From positions 3,428-67,427 of the forward strand of contig JAISWT010000111.1 in NCBI GenBank assembly GCA_031271005.1: a DNA stretch of 64,000 bases, written 5' to 3'. Made by a program: the position numbers and the translations under genes. Below are positions 51,800-61,716 of the stretch, in pieces; positions within the stretch are counted from its first letter, which is position 1, and each line of letters opens with the position of its first letter. This DNA comes from Prevotellaceae bacterium. Its GTDB lineage: Bacteria; Bacteroidota; Bacteroidia; Bacteroidales; Paludibacteraceae. The notes under the pieces were generated by a model that saw only the letters and a list, made by a program, of their open reading frames with translations, was not told the origin of the DNA and did not search any database.

Positions 51800-52456
51800 A
51801 TGGCAGAAGTAAATACCGGCAGCGAAGAACCCAAAAAAGGAAAGCCGCAAAAAAGAACCCTGCGTGTGGATTTTACCCCGATGGTGGATATGAACATGCT
51901 ACTCATCACGTTCTTTATGTTTTGTACAACATTGAGTAAGCCCCAAATGATGAACCTGGTGGTGCCCGCAAAAGATAAGAATATAGAAATCAAAGACCCG
52001 CCAAAAATAGACAAAGAGAGGACGGTTACAGTCATTCTTGGAGCCGACAACAAATGTTACTACTATATTGGCGACCCGAATTATGCCGATTGGCAATCTT
52101 TGCACGAAACGGACTATTCACCTGCCGGGCTACGCGCGTTGCTGGTGGAGAAGAACGTGAAAGCGGTCAGGGAAATAGTTGACCTGCGCAACAAACAGGC
52201 ACGCAACGAAATACCCGACTCTACGTTCAAGAAGCAGTCGGCAGAGGTCAAAGACGCCAAAGACGCATGGAACGTTATGATAAAGCCCACAAGCGGCGCA
52301 ACGTTCAACAATCTGGTGGCTGTGCTTGACGAAATGCAAATTTGCGCTATCGGACGATATGCGATTATTGACATGACAGACGGTGATAATTTCCTCGTGA
52401 AAAACTATCAGGAAAAAGGAGCGCTTAGCCAGCAGGCAGGACTTGCGCCAAAATAA
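51800..52456 (+). CDS. exbD: ExbD/TolR family biopolymer transport protein (second copy)
   Basis: 218 aa. VDFTPMVDMNMLLITFFM anchor motif. Confidence 0.85.
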   Translation: MAEVNTGSEEPKKGKPQKRTLRVDFTPMVDMNMLLITFFMFCTTLSKPQMMNLVVPAKDKNIEIKDPPKIDKERTVTVILGADNKCYYYIGDPNYADWQSLHETDYSPAGLRALLVEKNVKAVREIVDLRNKQARNEIPDSTFKKQSAEVKDAKDAWNVMIKPTSGATFNNLVAVLDEMQICAIGRYAIIDMTDGDNFLVKNYQEKGALSQQAGLAPK

Positions 52457-52556
52457 GCAAAAAGAGATATGGTAAATAAAGTTATAAAATTTGCAATTCC
52501 ATAATTAATAATTTTTATAACTTTCATCTTTAAACTTTACAATTAAAATAATAATT

Positions 52557-53393
52557 ATGGCAAAAGATATTTATTTAAATTCTCAGGAATGGTCAGACTT
52601 GGTCTTCGAGAACAAGAACAAGGCATACGGAGCATATCAGATGCGTCTTGGGTCGTCACGCCGACATATTTGGGCTTTCCTGATTGTTTTGATAGCAGCA
52701 GCAGTTATTGCAATTGTGCCAATGATATACAGCACAGTACGCAAAGCCTTTATTCAGCAACAGGGTATTGATGCTTCCGTAGAACTGGCTAATTTGCAGG
52801 ATGCGGAAGAAGAGCAAAAGCAGGACGAGCAACTTATCAAGCCGGAGGCGCCGCCGCCGCCGCCGTTGAAAACCACAATTCAGTTTGTGCCGCCCAAAAT
52901 GGTTGATGCAAGCGAACTCACAGAAGACAATCAACTGAAATCGCAGGAGACCTTGCAGGAAACCAAAGAACAGATTTCGCTCGAAACAGTGAAAGGGGTA
53001 GATGATATTAACGCTATCGACAAGGCAGACCTCGAAACGCATCAGGTTATTGCCGAGAAGCCCAAAGAAGAGGAAATATTTGTAAGCGTAGAGCAAAATG
53101 CAGAGTTCCCCGGTGGTACGCCGGAATTGTATAAATTTGTTCAAAACAATTTGCGATATCCCGCCATTGCTCAGGAGAATGGGATTCAGGGAAGAACAAC
53201 GGTACGCTTTGTTGTGGAAAAAGACGGCTCAGTATCAGATGTAACCGTAATGCGCGGTTTTGATAGCAATTGCGACAAGGAAGCGGTGCGTGTAGTAAAA
53301 ATGCTGCCCAAATTCCAGCCCGGACGCCAAAACGGACGCGCTGTACGTCAGTATTTTACACTCCCTGTAACTTTCAAGTTGCAGCAACAGTAA
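52557..53393 (+). CDS. tonB: Energy transducer TonB
   Basis: 278 aa. N-terminal TM, Pro/Glu/Lys-rich linker (KPEAPPPPPLK), and a C-terminal TonB domain (AEFPGG...YP..A.ENGIQGR..V.FVV.KDG...). Confidence 0.9.
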   Translation: MAKDIYLNSQEWSDLVFENKNKAYGAYQMRLGSSRRHIWAFLIVLIAAAVIAIVPMIYSTVRKAFIQQQGIDASVELANLQDAEEEQKQDEQLIKPEAPPPPPLKTTIQFVPPKMVDASELTEDNQLKSQETLQETKEQISLETVKGVDDINAIDKADLETHQVIAEKPKEEEIFVSVEQNAEFPGGTPELYKFVQNNLRYPAIAQENGIQGRTTVRFVVEKDGSVSDVTVMRGFDSNCDKEAVRVVKMLPKFQPGRQNGRAVRQYFTLPVTFKLQQQ

Positions 53394-53430
53394 AAAATTT
53401 GTTTCGTATTTGAAAAAATATTAACAAATT

Positions 53431-53438
53431 TATTTTTG
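53431..53438 (+). promoter_or_regulatory. Candidate -7 promoter box (TATTTTTG)
   Basis: TAnnTTTG match 145 bp upstream of the flippase ATG. It overlaps the left arm of a 17-bp hairpin (53438-53478). Confidence 0.35.
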
Positions 53439-53582
53439 CAAGGATATTTCCGACCCTCGCTGTCGGAAGTGTCCTTGCAAGTTGCGCAGACAACCATTAT
53501 AAGTCATTAATTTCTTATCACTAAATAACAGTTGCCCCCCAAAGGCTGATAAAAGTAAATTACCGAATTTGAACGCAACTCA

Positions 53583-55085
53583 ATGGCAGGAAAGCAAATA
53601 AAGTCGCTTGCAAAAGACACTGCAATCTATGGCTTGAGCAACATTATAGGGAAATCTATCAACTGGTTGCTGGTGCCTCTTTACACGCGCACTTTGGCGA
53701 GTCCGTCTGATTACGGCGTTGTTACCAACCTGTATTCGTGGACAGCGCTGTTGCTCGTTATTCTCACGTATGGAATGGAGACGGGCTTTTTTCGCTTTAT
53801 CAACAATGGCAAAGACGCTCCTAACCGCATTTACAGTACCTCAATGATTTCGGTAGGCAGCACGTCCTTGCTGTTTGCCGTGCTGATTGTTGCTTTGGCG
53901 CCCCAGTGTGCCACATTGCTCAAATTGCCGGCGCACCCCGAATACATTCGCATGCTTGGCATCTCCGTTGCCCTCGATGCCTTTGCCAGCATCCCGTTTG
54001 CCTATTTGCGTTACTGCAAAATGCCGATACGCTTTGCCGCTATAAAATTGATATATGTAGTACTGAACGTACTTATAAATCTGTTTTTCTTTGTTGCCTG
54101 TCCGTATCTGCTCAAGCACGCGCCCGCCTCTGTCCAATGGTTTTACGACCCCAGTTATGGCGTTGGTTATGTGTTCGTTGCAAATATTATTTCAACAATC
54201 ATTCAAACGCTTTTCCTTGTTCGGTATATAGTTGTTGTGAGGTTTGAGTTTGACAAGGCGCTGTTGCGTAGAATTTTGCGCTACTCGCTGCCACTCTTGC
54301 TCTTGGGCATTGCAGGGACAATGAACCAGACGCTCGACAAAATTCTCTATCCATACCTGCGGGCAGGCATTGGCGGCGATATTGAATTGGGTATATACGG
54401 CGCTACATCCAAAGTGGCGCTTATAATGCTGATGTTCACCCAAGCCTTTCGCTTTGCATACGAGCCGTTTGTGTTTGCCCAAAAACGCTCCCCGAAACAC
54501 CACGACAGTTATATCCAAGCCATGAATTTTTTTGTAGTGGTGTCGTGGTTTATTTTTTTGGGAATGATTTTTTATATAGATATTTTTAAACTTATTATAC
54601 CGGAACAATACTGGTCAGGATTTGACGCGGTGCCGATAATTCTTGTTTCGTTCATATTTCAGGGCATATATTTCAATCTTTCTATATGGTACAAACTTTC
54701 GGACAGGACGATGTTTGGGGCGTGGTTTTCCGTTGCCGGCACTGCCGTTATCGTGGCTGGCAATATGTTGCTTGTGCCTCGCTTTGGTTATTACGGTTGT
54801 GCGTGGGCGGCTTTTGCCTGCTATTTTTTGGTAATGCTGCTTTCGTATTTCTTCGGACAAAAATACATGCCAATAGCCTATAATCTGAAAAAAATTGGGT
54901 TTTACACTTTGATAGCATTAATACTGTTTGTACTCTCATTCTTAATAAAAACCTCTTACGAATGGTTAAATTATTTTATTAAAACAATTTTAGTTATAAT
55001 TTATCTTTTAATATTTATAAAAAACGATTTGCCTGTAAAAAAAATTCCTGTTTTGAATAAATTATTTAAAGAAATTAAGAATTGA
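53583..55085 (+). CDS. Polysaccharide biosynthesis protein / oligosaccharide flippase (MOP/Wzx-like)
   Basis: 500 aa with about 12-14 TM helices. N-terminus LAKDTAIYGLSNIIGKSINWLLVPLYTR is typical of Bacteroidota Wzx-like flippases. The TGA stop lies in an AAGAATT/GAGAATT repeat. Confidence 0.8.
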   Translation: MAGKQIKSLAKDTAIYGLSNIIGKSINWLLVPLYTRTLASPSDYGVVTNLYSWTALLLVILTYGMETGFFRFINNGKDAPNRIYSTSMISVGSTSLLFAVLIVALAPQCATLLKLPAHPEYIRMLGISVALDAFASIPFAYLRYCKMPIRFAAIKLIYVVLNVLINLFFFVACPYLLKHAPASVQWFYDPSYGVGYVFVANIISTIIQTLFLVRYIVVVRFEFDKALLRRILRYSLPLLLLGIAGTMNQTLDKILYPYLRAGIGGDIELGIYGATSKVALIMLMFTQAFRFAYEPFVFAQKRSPKHHDSYIQAMNFFVVVSWFIFLGMIFYIDIFKLIIPEQYWSGFDAVPIILVSFIFQGIYFNLSIWYKLSDRTMFGAWFSVAGTAVIVAGNMLLVPRFGYYGCAWAAFACYFLVMLLSYFFGQKYMPIAYNLKKIGFYTLIALILFVLSFLIKTSYEWLNYFIKTILVIIYLLIFIKNDLPVKKIPVLNKLFKEIKN

Positions 55086-55152
55086 GAATTAAGAATTGAG
55101 AATTAAAACAATACCTAACTAAACTCTAAACTCTAATAACTAATAACTAATT
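55075..55152 (+). repeat. Truncated composite cassette
   Basis: aagaattgagaattaagaattgagaattaaaacaatacctaactaaactctaaactctaataactaataactaa shares the gagaattaaaaca..cctaactaaactctaaactcta junctions of the full copies. Confidence 0.85.
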
Positions 55153-55256
55153 CAAAACTATACCTAACTGTATTCAATGAACAATTAATTGTTTTTTTTC
55201 TATAAAATTTTGCGAAACAATTTTACCGGTTGGCGTGTAATTTAAAAATTTAATGT

Positions 55257-55264
55257 TATCTTTG
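55257..55264 (+). promoter_or_regulatory. Candidate -7 promoter box (TATCTTTG)
   Basis: TAnnTTTG match 40 bp upstream of tRNA-Gly. Confidence 0.5.
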
Positions 55265-55303
55265 CAGGCTGATAAAGTTCATGTTTTCTTAATTTTTACA
55301 AAC

Positions 55304-55376
55304 GCGGCAATGGCTCAGTTGGTAGAGCATTGGCTTCCCAAGCCGAGGGTCGCGGGTTCGAGTCCCGTTTGCCGCT
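55304..55376 (+). tRNA. tRNA-Gly (anticodon CCC)
   Basis: Hand-folded cloverleaf: acceptor GCGGCAA/TTGCCGC, D arm GCTC-AGTTGGTA-GAGC, anticodon stem TTGGC/GCCGA with loop TT-CCC-AA (anticodon 55337-55339), T arm GCGGG-TTCGAGT-CCCGT, discriminator T. CCA is not encoded. Confidence 0.9.
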
Positions 55377-55391
55377 CATACGCATTGATGA

Positions 55392-55436
55392 AGTAAATTG
55401 CTGATATACAATAGTATAACAGCAATTACTGTTTTT
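55392..55436 (+). terminator. Terminator-like hairpin after tRNA-Gly
   Basis: agtaa(a)ttgctg ... cagcaattact stem followed by gttttt. Confidence 0.55.
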
Positions 55437-55597
55437 AAGACATGCAGTATATAACAAATTGCAAACAGCAAAAATGAACAGTATGCGTAATATACATTTT
55501 TTAGTCTTTTCCATAATATTTTATTGAAAATTTTTGGATAATCTCTAATATTTTTAATGATTTTTCGTTATATTCTAATAATTTTCACATCATTTGT

Positions 55598-56176
55598 GTG
55601 CTAAGAAATAATTTTGAGCAGGATATTAAGCAGTGTATCAAAGTTTTGCGCGAAGGCGGTACAATTCTTTATCCAACGGACACTGTTTGGGGAATTGGGT
55701 GCGATGCAACAAACGAGGCAGCCGTGCAAAAGGTTTTTTCAATAAAACGCAGGGCAGATTCAAAGTCGTTGATTTTGCTCACCGACAGCGCCGCCAAACT
55801 GTCGGTCTATGCGGAATTTGTACCTGACATTGCTTACGATTTGGTTGAGATTTCGGAAAAGCCTGTAAGCATTGTTTATTCGGGTGCGCGTAATTTGGCA
55901 AAAAATGTGATTGCTGCTGACGGCTCTGTGGCTCTGCGTGTTACACGCGAAAAGTTTTCCAGAGAACTTTGCATGCGGTTTCGTAAGCCTGTTGTGTCTA
56001 CTTCGGCTAATATCAGCGGCATGCATGCACCTGCAAATTTTGCAGAAATAGCAGAAAATATCATCGCATCGGTGGATTATGTTGTAAAATTCAGACAGAA
56101 CGAACTTGTAATGTCAGCGCCTTCTTCAATCATAAAATTGAGTAAAAATGCTGAATTTCAATTAATTAGAATATAA
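55598..56176 (+). CDS. tsaC: L-threonylcarbamoyladenylate synthase (TsaC/YrdC family)
   Basis: 192 aa with a GTG start. ILYPTDTVWGIGCDA, the R.KP block and STSANISG are typical of the YrdC domain. Confidence 0.85.
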   Translation: MLRNNFEQDIKQCIKVLREGGTILYPTDTVWGIGCDATNEAAVQKVFSIKRRADSKSLILLTDSAAKLSVYAEFVPDIAYDLVEISEKPVSIVYSGARNLAKNVIAADGSVALRVTREKFSRELCMRFRKPVVSTSANISGMHAPANFAEIAENIIASVDYVVKFRQNELVMSAPSSIIKLSKNAEFQLIRI

Positions 56177-56196
56177 AAAAATAAGAGGAAAATGTA

Positions 56197-57594
56197 GTGG
56201 AAAAAACTTTACTTCGATATCGTTATATTGTTTCCGATTTTGTTGCTGCCTTTTTGGTGTGGGTGGCATTTATGTATTTCAGGCAAATTGTGAACGACAA
56301 TATTCTGTTCGAGAATGTGCGCATTTTCATCCCCAAGTACAATTTTATATCGAGCATTGTGGTGTATCCTTTTGTTTGTTTGTTTGTTCATTGGCTATCA
56401 GGCATTTACTTGCATCCGATGGCGCAAACCGGCGTGTCTGTTTTTCTTGCCACAGTTGCGTCTTCGGTTGTGATTTCGTTTGTAATTTTTTTCGCCTTAA
56501 TGCTTGATGATGTGGTAGTTACATACGAATATTATTATTATTCTCTTTTAGTACTTTTAGGTTTAAACATTGTTATTATATTGATTTTCAGACTGTTCAT
56601 TGTTTCGTATGTAAAACGTAATTTTAAGACTAAAAAATGGGCGATAGATACAGCCATTATTGGGCTTGGCGAAAATGCGAGAAAGATTTCGCGCGAACTC
56701 GCTTTTTCTACAACTGACGAATTTGCGGGATTTATTTCGCCAAACGGGATGCCAAAACATTCAAAGGAAAAAATATTAGGGTCGTTTCACGAAATAGGCT
56801 CATTGATAGACAATTATCAAATCAAAAAAATTATTATTGCACTTGACAGTCCTGATGATTATACGCTTTTTTCTATTATTAACAAACTTTTCAACTTCAA
56901 TATAGAAATAAGTTTTACTCCACGTATCAACGAAATTATTACAGGCAGCGCCAAAATGAACAGTCCGAAGTTCAGCCCGCTTGTAAGCGTTACGCACTCG
57001 TCAATGTCTGACTGGCAAGTGTGTGTTAAGCGGTTCTGTGATATTTTATTTTCTATTATTGCGCTGATAATATGCACTTTACCAATGATTGCTATTGCCA
57101 TTGCGATAAAAAAGGATTCTTCGGGCAGCGTTTTTTTCAGGCAGGAAAGAATAGGTAGATATGGAGTTCCATTTAAAATGCTTAAATTCAGAACAATGCG
57201 CAACAATGCCGAAAACGGATTGCCTCAATTGAGCAACGCAAGAGACGAGCGGATTACAAAAATCGGATATTTTTTACGCAAGTACCGTCTGGATGAAATC
57301 CCGCAGTTTATCAACATTTTGCGCGGCGAAATGAGTTTGGTTGGACCGCGCCCCGAACGCGCTTTTTTCATCAAAAAAATCACCGAAGATGCGCCATACT
57401 ACTGCCTGCTATACAGGATACAGCCCGGATTAACCTCGTGGGGACCTATCAGAATAGGATATTCCGACACGATAGAAAAAATGATTGAGCGCCTCAACTA
57501 CGACATTATTTACATGGATAACATGTCGCTTTTTGTGGATATGAAAATTCTGATTTATACTTTTGAAATAATTTTCAAAGGAAAAGGGGTATGA
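56197..57594 (+). CDS. Polyprenyl-phosphate glycosyl-1-phosphate transferase (bacterial sugar transferase, WbaP-like)
   Basis: 465 aa. N-terminal TM helices and a C-terminal sugar-transferase domain (KRF.D...S..AL...LP......IKKDS.G.VFF.QERIG..G..F...KFRTM, DE.PQF.N.L.GEMSLVGPRPE). Confidence 0.88.
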   Translation: MEKTLLRYRYIVSDFVAAFLVWVAFMYFRQIVNDNILFENVRIFIPKYNFISSIVVYPFVCLFVHWLSGIYLHPMAQTGVSVFLATVASSVVISFVIFFALMLDDVVVTYEYYYYSLLVLLGLNIVIILIFRLFIVSYVKRNFKTKKWAIDTAIIGLGENARKISRELAFSTTDEFAGFISPNGMPKHSKEKILGSFHEIGSLIDNYQIKKIIIALDSPDDYTLFSIINKLFNFNIEISFTPRINEIITGSAKMNSPKFSPLVSVTHSSMSDWQVCVKRFCDILFSIIALIICTLPMIAIAIAIKKDSSGSVFFRQERIGRYGVPFKMLKFRTMRNNAENGLPQLSNARDERITKIGYFLRKYRLDEIPQFINILRGEMSLVGPRPERAFFIKKITEDAPYYCLLYRIQPGLTSWGPIRIGYSDTIEKMIERLNYDIIYMDNMSLFVDMKILIYTFEIIFKGKGV

Positions 57595-57668
57595 TCCCCC
57601 TATCCTATCCGTCTGAGAAATGCAAACAGATGTTTTTCCTGTTCTGTTACCCGTTTTTATACCCGTTT

Positions 57669-60449
57669 TTATCTTGGCGGTCTGTTGCCGAATGGCGGCT
57701 GTCCGGGACGTTGTTCGCTTTTCTGAGTGTGTTCCTGCGCTTCGGAAGCCGTCATTCCCGAAAAGCGGTTAAATTTATACGAAAAACTTAACATAACGTA
57801 CGATTGGAGCGTGTTGTATTTCGTGTTTTGAATGTAGTTGTCGCCTATTTGCTGGCGAATGTTTAGGCGTTGCTGCAAAATATCGAAGGCTTTTAGCGTC
57901 AGCGTTGCCGCTCCTTTGAAAAGGGTTTTGTCGATAGAGGCGTTCCACAGCACTTCTTTTTGGTCGAATTCGCTGCTGTAGCCGCGCCGTGTGGTGTAGT
58001 TAATGTCTGATGACAGCGTGAAATTCTTGGGCAGGTGAAAAACCACGTTGCCGCCGGCTGTCCAGTCGTATGTTTCCACATTGCCACTGCTTACGTTCAT
58101 GTTGCTTTTGGCGTTGGAGTATTGCAGTCCGCCATTAGCGCCAACCTCTATGAAGTCGTTGGTAAAAGTTAGCGACAGCCGCTCGCCGAGCCGCAGGTTC
58201 TGACTTTCACTCAAATCGCCGAGTTTGAGATTGTTAATATCTATTTCGTCAGATTTGACATTGCGCGCATTGTAACCATATTGCCTATTGAACATCAGGT
58301 TGGTGTTGGTATTGAATTGCAGGCGTTTTTTTACAAGTGGCGTGTTGAAATTCACATTTGCACCGCTTATGAAGGGCAAAACGCCGATAGCGTTGATTGT
58401 TTGCGAATAGCGTTTGCCCGCCGCGTCATAAATAGTGTTGTTTAGGAGCGCGTTTTGGGTCAAATTGGCAAACATCATCATTGTGAATGACGAGAAAGTA
58501 TTTTGATTGAACGCGCTGTACATCAGGCGTAAATTGTGTGCAAAAGAGGGGTTCAGAGTGGGATTGCCAACAGTTTGGCTCATCAAGTTTGAATTATCTT
58601 TCACCGGTTGCATCTGGTCGATTGACGGCTGCGAGGTGCGCCCGCGATAATCTACTCGGACAAATTTTTTCGTTTCAAAATTATATTGGAAGCGTAAATT
58701 CGGCGCAAAATTAACTACTGAATTTTGAAATTCGCGGGCGCCAAAACTGACGGTTTGCGAGGGTTCGATTTTCATTCCCAAAGTTAAATTATAGAGTTTT
58801 TGGGTAAATCGATAGTTCAATTCAAAGGCTTCTTTGTAGAAATTAGTACGGAAGTTGTTGCTGTATGCAGTGTCCAAGTCGGTATAATCGCCTGCGACAT
58901 CTCTTCGGTACTGATTTTTTTCCGATTTATTAAAATTTCCTTCAATGTCAGCCACAATTTCGAGTAAATTATTGACATTCCACAGCGGTTCAACCCACGA
59001 CATACGCAGGTCAAAGTTCTGTCGGCTCGTGGAGTTGAATATTTTTTGGTTAATATTATTGTCGGTCAAAATTTCGTTAGTTTGCTCATTTATAGTTTCG
59101 CGGTCGGTTTTGTTAACTCCCAAAACGAGCCGTGCTGTGAGTGTGCGCCCCTTTTTCTGAAATTTGTGGTTGTAAGTAGTGCGTAAGTTCGCGCCGTAGG
59201 CAGTGTTTTCGCCGTTATTTACGGTTCTGCCTTGCGAAGTGGTGTCGTTTTGCGTTAAGTAATAAAAATCATTGGAACTGTCTGTAAATGTTTTACTTAA
59301 ATTAAAATTCGGCTGAAAAAGAAAAGTATTCATAGAATCAGGTTTCCATTCCGCTTCGAGCCGAACATTTGTGCGCCACATATTATTTACGCTGTAATTT
59401 TTGGAGTAATTATAATAAGTTGCCGAATCTAAATAAGTTGTTCGGTCGTTTTCGGTATCTTGTGTGTTTCGCGTGTGGCTTGCCGACACATCGCCCCCAA
59501 TGTTCAATTTAGGATTTACCTCGCCACTCAAATTGTATCCGAGGTTCTGATTTTCGGTAATTCCGGTGTTCATATTAAATCCTCCGCGCCCGCGCGAAGT
59601 CCGTGCCGTATTCACATTGTTGGCGCCTGCGGTGATTGTTTGCTGATAATCGCCATTTACTATATTTAAGAAGCCGTTTGCATCGTAACGAAATTCTCCG
59701 TCATTAACATCTGCGCCCGCTCCAGCGGTAAAATTACCGAATTGCCCTTTTTTGCGGTTCTTCTTAAATGTCAGATTTATAATGCGCTCGGTGTCGCCGT
59801 CTTCAAAGCCTGTCAGTTGCGCCATCTCCGACTTCTGGTCGAGCACCTGCACCTTTTCTATGGCATCGGCAGGGATATTTTTTGTTGTCATTTCAATATC
59901 GCCGTCAAAGAATTTTTTGCCGTCAATGCGAATATTTTTTATTTCTTCGCCGTTAACCGTAATTTTTCCGTCTGCGGTGATTTCTACGCCCGGCATTTTT
60001 TTCAAGAGGTCTTCCACAACCGCGTTCTCGTTGGTTTTGAACGCTGCTGCGTTGTATTCCAGCGTGTCGCCTTTGACGGTCATTTGCGCTGCCGTGCCTT
60101 TGACAACAACTTCTTTGAGCAGTTGCACATCTTCAACCAAATGAAACGCCCGCAGCACAACGTTTTTGTCAGCCACCGTAACATTCACAGTTTGAGACAT
60201 ATAGCCCACAAAACTTACTTCGAGAATGTAGTGTCCGCTCGGAACTTTTGGCAGTGAAAATTCGCCCTTATCGCCGGTTTGCGTCCCGTTGATATACGCA
60301 GAATCTTTCGCCAAAAGCAAGCGCACGCCTACGCCTTCCATTGCTCCACCATTTGTATAGTCAAACACGGAAGACGAAATTGAATACTGAGAAAAAACAT
60401 TTAAAGAAAAGAAAATCAGTGAAATAAGTAAAAATATTTTACGACTCAT
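57669..60449 (-). CDS. Outer membrane beta-barrel protein with carboxypeptidase-regulatory-like N-domain (TonB-dependent-receptor-like, OMP_b-brl_3 type)
   Basis: 926 aa. Signal peptide, CarboxypepD_reg-like segment (GVRLLLAKDS..GEFSLPKVPSGHYILEVSFVGY), plug-like region, long barrel, and a Gly/Pro/Arg-rich tail. Confidence 0.8.
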   Translation of the reverse strand: MSRKIFLLISLIFFSLNVFSQYSISSSVFDYTNGGAMEGVGVRLLLAKDSAYINGTQTGDKGEFSLPKVPSGHYILEVSFVGYMSQTVNVTVADKNVVLRAFHLVEDVQLLKEVVVKGTAAQMTVKGDTLEYNAAAFKTNENAVVEDLLKKMPGVEITADGKITVNGEEIKNIRIDGKKFFDGDIEMTTKNIPADAIEKVQVLDQKSEMAQLTGFEDGDTERIINLTFKKNRKKGQFGNFTAGAGADVNDGEFRYDANGFLNIVNGDYQQTITAGANNVNTARTSRGRGGFNMNTGITENQNLGYNLSGEVNPKLNIGGDVSASHTRNTQDTENDRTTYLDSATYYNYSKNYSVNNMWRTNVRLEAEWKPDSMNTFLFQPNFNLSKTFTDSSNDFYYLTQNDTTSQGRTVNNGENTAYGANLRTTYNHKFQKKGRTLTARLVLGVNKTDRETINEQTNEILTDNNINQKIFNSTSRQNFDLRMSWVEPLWNVNNLLEIVADIEGNFNKSEKNQYRRDVAGDYTDLDTAYSNNFRTNFYKEAFELNYRFTQKLYNLTLGMKIEPSQTVSFGAREFQNSVVNFAPNLRFQYNFETKKFVRVDYRGRTSQPSIDQMQPVKDNSNLMSQTVGNPTLNPSFAHNLRLMYSAFNQNTFSSFTMMMFANLTQNALLNNTIYDAAGKRYSQTINAIGVLPFISGANVNFNTPLVKKRLQFNTNTNLMFNRQYGYNARNVKSDEIDINNLKLGDLSESQNLRLGERLSLTFTNDFIEVGANGGLQYSNAKSNMNVSSGNVETYDWTAGGNVVFHLPKNFTLSSDINYTTRRGYSSEFDQKEVLWNASIDKTLFKGAATLTLKAFDILQQRLNIRQQIGDNYIQNTKYNTLQSYVMLSFSYKFNRFSGMTASEAQEHTQKSEQRPGQPPFGNRPPR

Positions 60450-60561
60450 AATAAAAATAACTAATACATAAAAAAAAAGAGACTGATAATTTTGCTTAGT
60501 AATTGCTTTTTGACAGAAAAAAAAGGAAAAGGTTTATTTTTGGAAAAAATACTTTTTTGAA

Positions 60562-60794
60562 TAGTGATTAATTAAGAAATGAAGAAATGAATGAATTAAG
60601 AAATTGAGAATTGAGAATTGAAACAAGATCTAACCATACCTAACTATTTCTAACAATTTCTAACAGTTTCTAACAATTTCTAACTACACCTAACTAAACT
60701 CTAAACTCTAAACTCTAAACTCTAAACTCTAAACTCTAATATCTGCTAATTGCTATCTGCTATCTGCTAATTGCTAATTGCTAATTGCTAATTG
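60562..60794 (+). repeat. Composite short-tandem-repeat cassette, full copy 3
   Basis: tagtgatta, (AAGAAATG)x2+, (GAGAATT)x2, gaaacaagatctaaccatacctaactat, (TTCTAACAAT)x4, cctaactaa, (ACTCTAA)x6, then CTGCTAT/TTGCTAA x8. It lies in a divergent promoter region. Confidence 0.95.
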
Positions 60795-60817
60795 AAAACT
60801 GTGGTCTGTTTTTGAAA

Positions 60818-60825
60818 TATTTTTG
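60818..60825 (+). promoter_or_regulatory. Candidate -7 promoter box (TATTTTTG)
   Basis: TAnnTTTG match 82 bp upstream of the ATG at 60907. Confidence 0.4.
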
Positions 60826-60906
60826 GGCATAAAATTGCAATTTTTCGTTTTTTTGAAAAATAAAACAGTAAAATTTTCGTTTAACTTTTTGTTCAAAGAA
60901 GAAACA

Positions 60907-61575
60907 ATGAGAATTAAAGTTTTTACTATATTGCTAATCAATGTATTGGCAATGACGAGTATTTTCGCGGGCTATGGTCAGCAGTCATTTTACCGCATGG
61001 AGTTGGGCGCTTTTGGTGGCGTGGGGGCTGAAACGTCAAAAACGATGTACAAAGAGCTGCGTCCTGCCTTTGGTGGGATAGTGCGTTTTAAGTTTGACAA
61101 GCGGTGGTCGCTGCGGTTGACCGGTGGCGGCTACAATCTTTATTCGGCGGTGAATGATGGCGTTGCGCAGCAATCTCTGCAATATACTAATACGCTGATT
61201 GTTAGCGACTTGGTAGGGGAGTTTAATTTTTTTGATTTTGAAATAAATGAGTTCAATCGCAAGGCTCGGCGTTTTTCTCCCTACATTTTTGCGGGCATTG
61301 GCGGCACAATGTATCGTTTTGAGTCGCAGAGCGACATAGAGCCGCTTGTAGCCTTTGGCGTGGGTATCAAGTACAAACTTGCGCCGCGCTGGAATTTGAA
61401 CGCTCAATATGTTCATCATCTGAGTTTTACCGACCGTCTTGAGGGCGTTTGCGAACTCAGTGATATTTACGGAGTAAAGGGGTCAAATTTTTTGAATAAA
61501 GATATGCTTTCGGCAATAACGGTTGGTATTACCTTTGATTTTTGGCTTGATGCAGGGCATTGTTATTGCAAATAA
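60907..61575 (+). CDS. Small outer membrane beta-barrel protein (DUF6089-like)
   Basis: 222 aa from the ATG at 60907. Signal peptide MRIKVFTILLINVLAMTSIFA, and Gly/aromatic-rich alternating strands (ELGAFGGVG, FAGIGGTMY, AFGVGIKYK). Confidence 0.55.
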   Translation: MRIKVFTILLINVLAMTSIFAGYGQQSFYRMELGAFGGVGAETSKTMYKELRPAFGGIVRFKFDKRWSLRLTGGGYNLYSAVNDGVAQQSLQYTNTLIVSDLVGEFNFFDFEINEFNRKARRFSPYIFAGIGGTMYRFESQSDIEPLVAFGVGIKYKLAPRWNLNAQYVHHLSFTDRLEGVCELSDIYGVKGSNFLNKDMLSAITVGITFDFWLDAGHCYCK

Positions 61576-61581
61576 CCTTTA

Positions 61582-61622
61582 ATAGTGGTTAGTGGTTAGT
61601 GTTTAGAGTTTAGAGTTTAGTT
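61582..61622. repeat. Tandem heptamer arrays (TAGTGGT x2.5, TAGAGTT x2.5)
   Basis: atagtggttagtggttagtgtttagagtttagagtttagtt. Confidence 0.8.
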
Positions 61623-61716
61623 GACAGATATCAGGAGTTCGTTGACATCAACGACTTAATTTTTTTTTCAAAACCTCTCTAATGGTTTGTGAGAGAGGAC
61701 TTTGAAAAGAAAAAAC

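Noticed and set aside
55296-55514. tRNA-Gly as an integration hotspot or genomic island border, and the 72-aa ORF antisense to it.
   Set aside because: I saw no integrase, no direct repeat of the tRNA 3' end by eye, and the flanking genes (flippase, tsaC, sugar transferase) look like one ordinary polysaccharide/housekeeping neighbourhood. The ORF merely overlaps the tRNA on the other strand.
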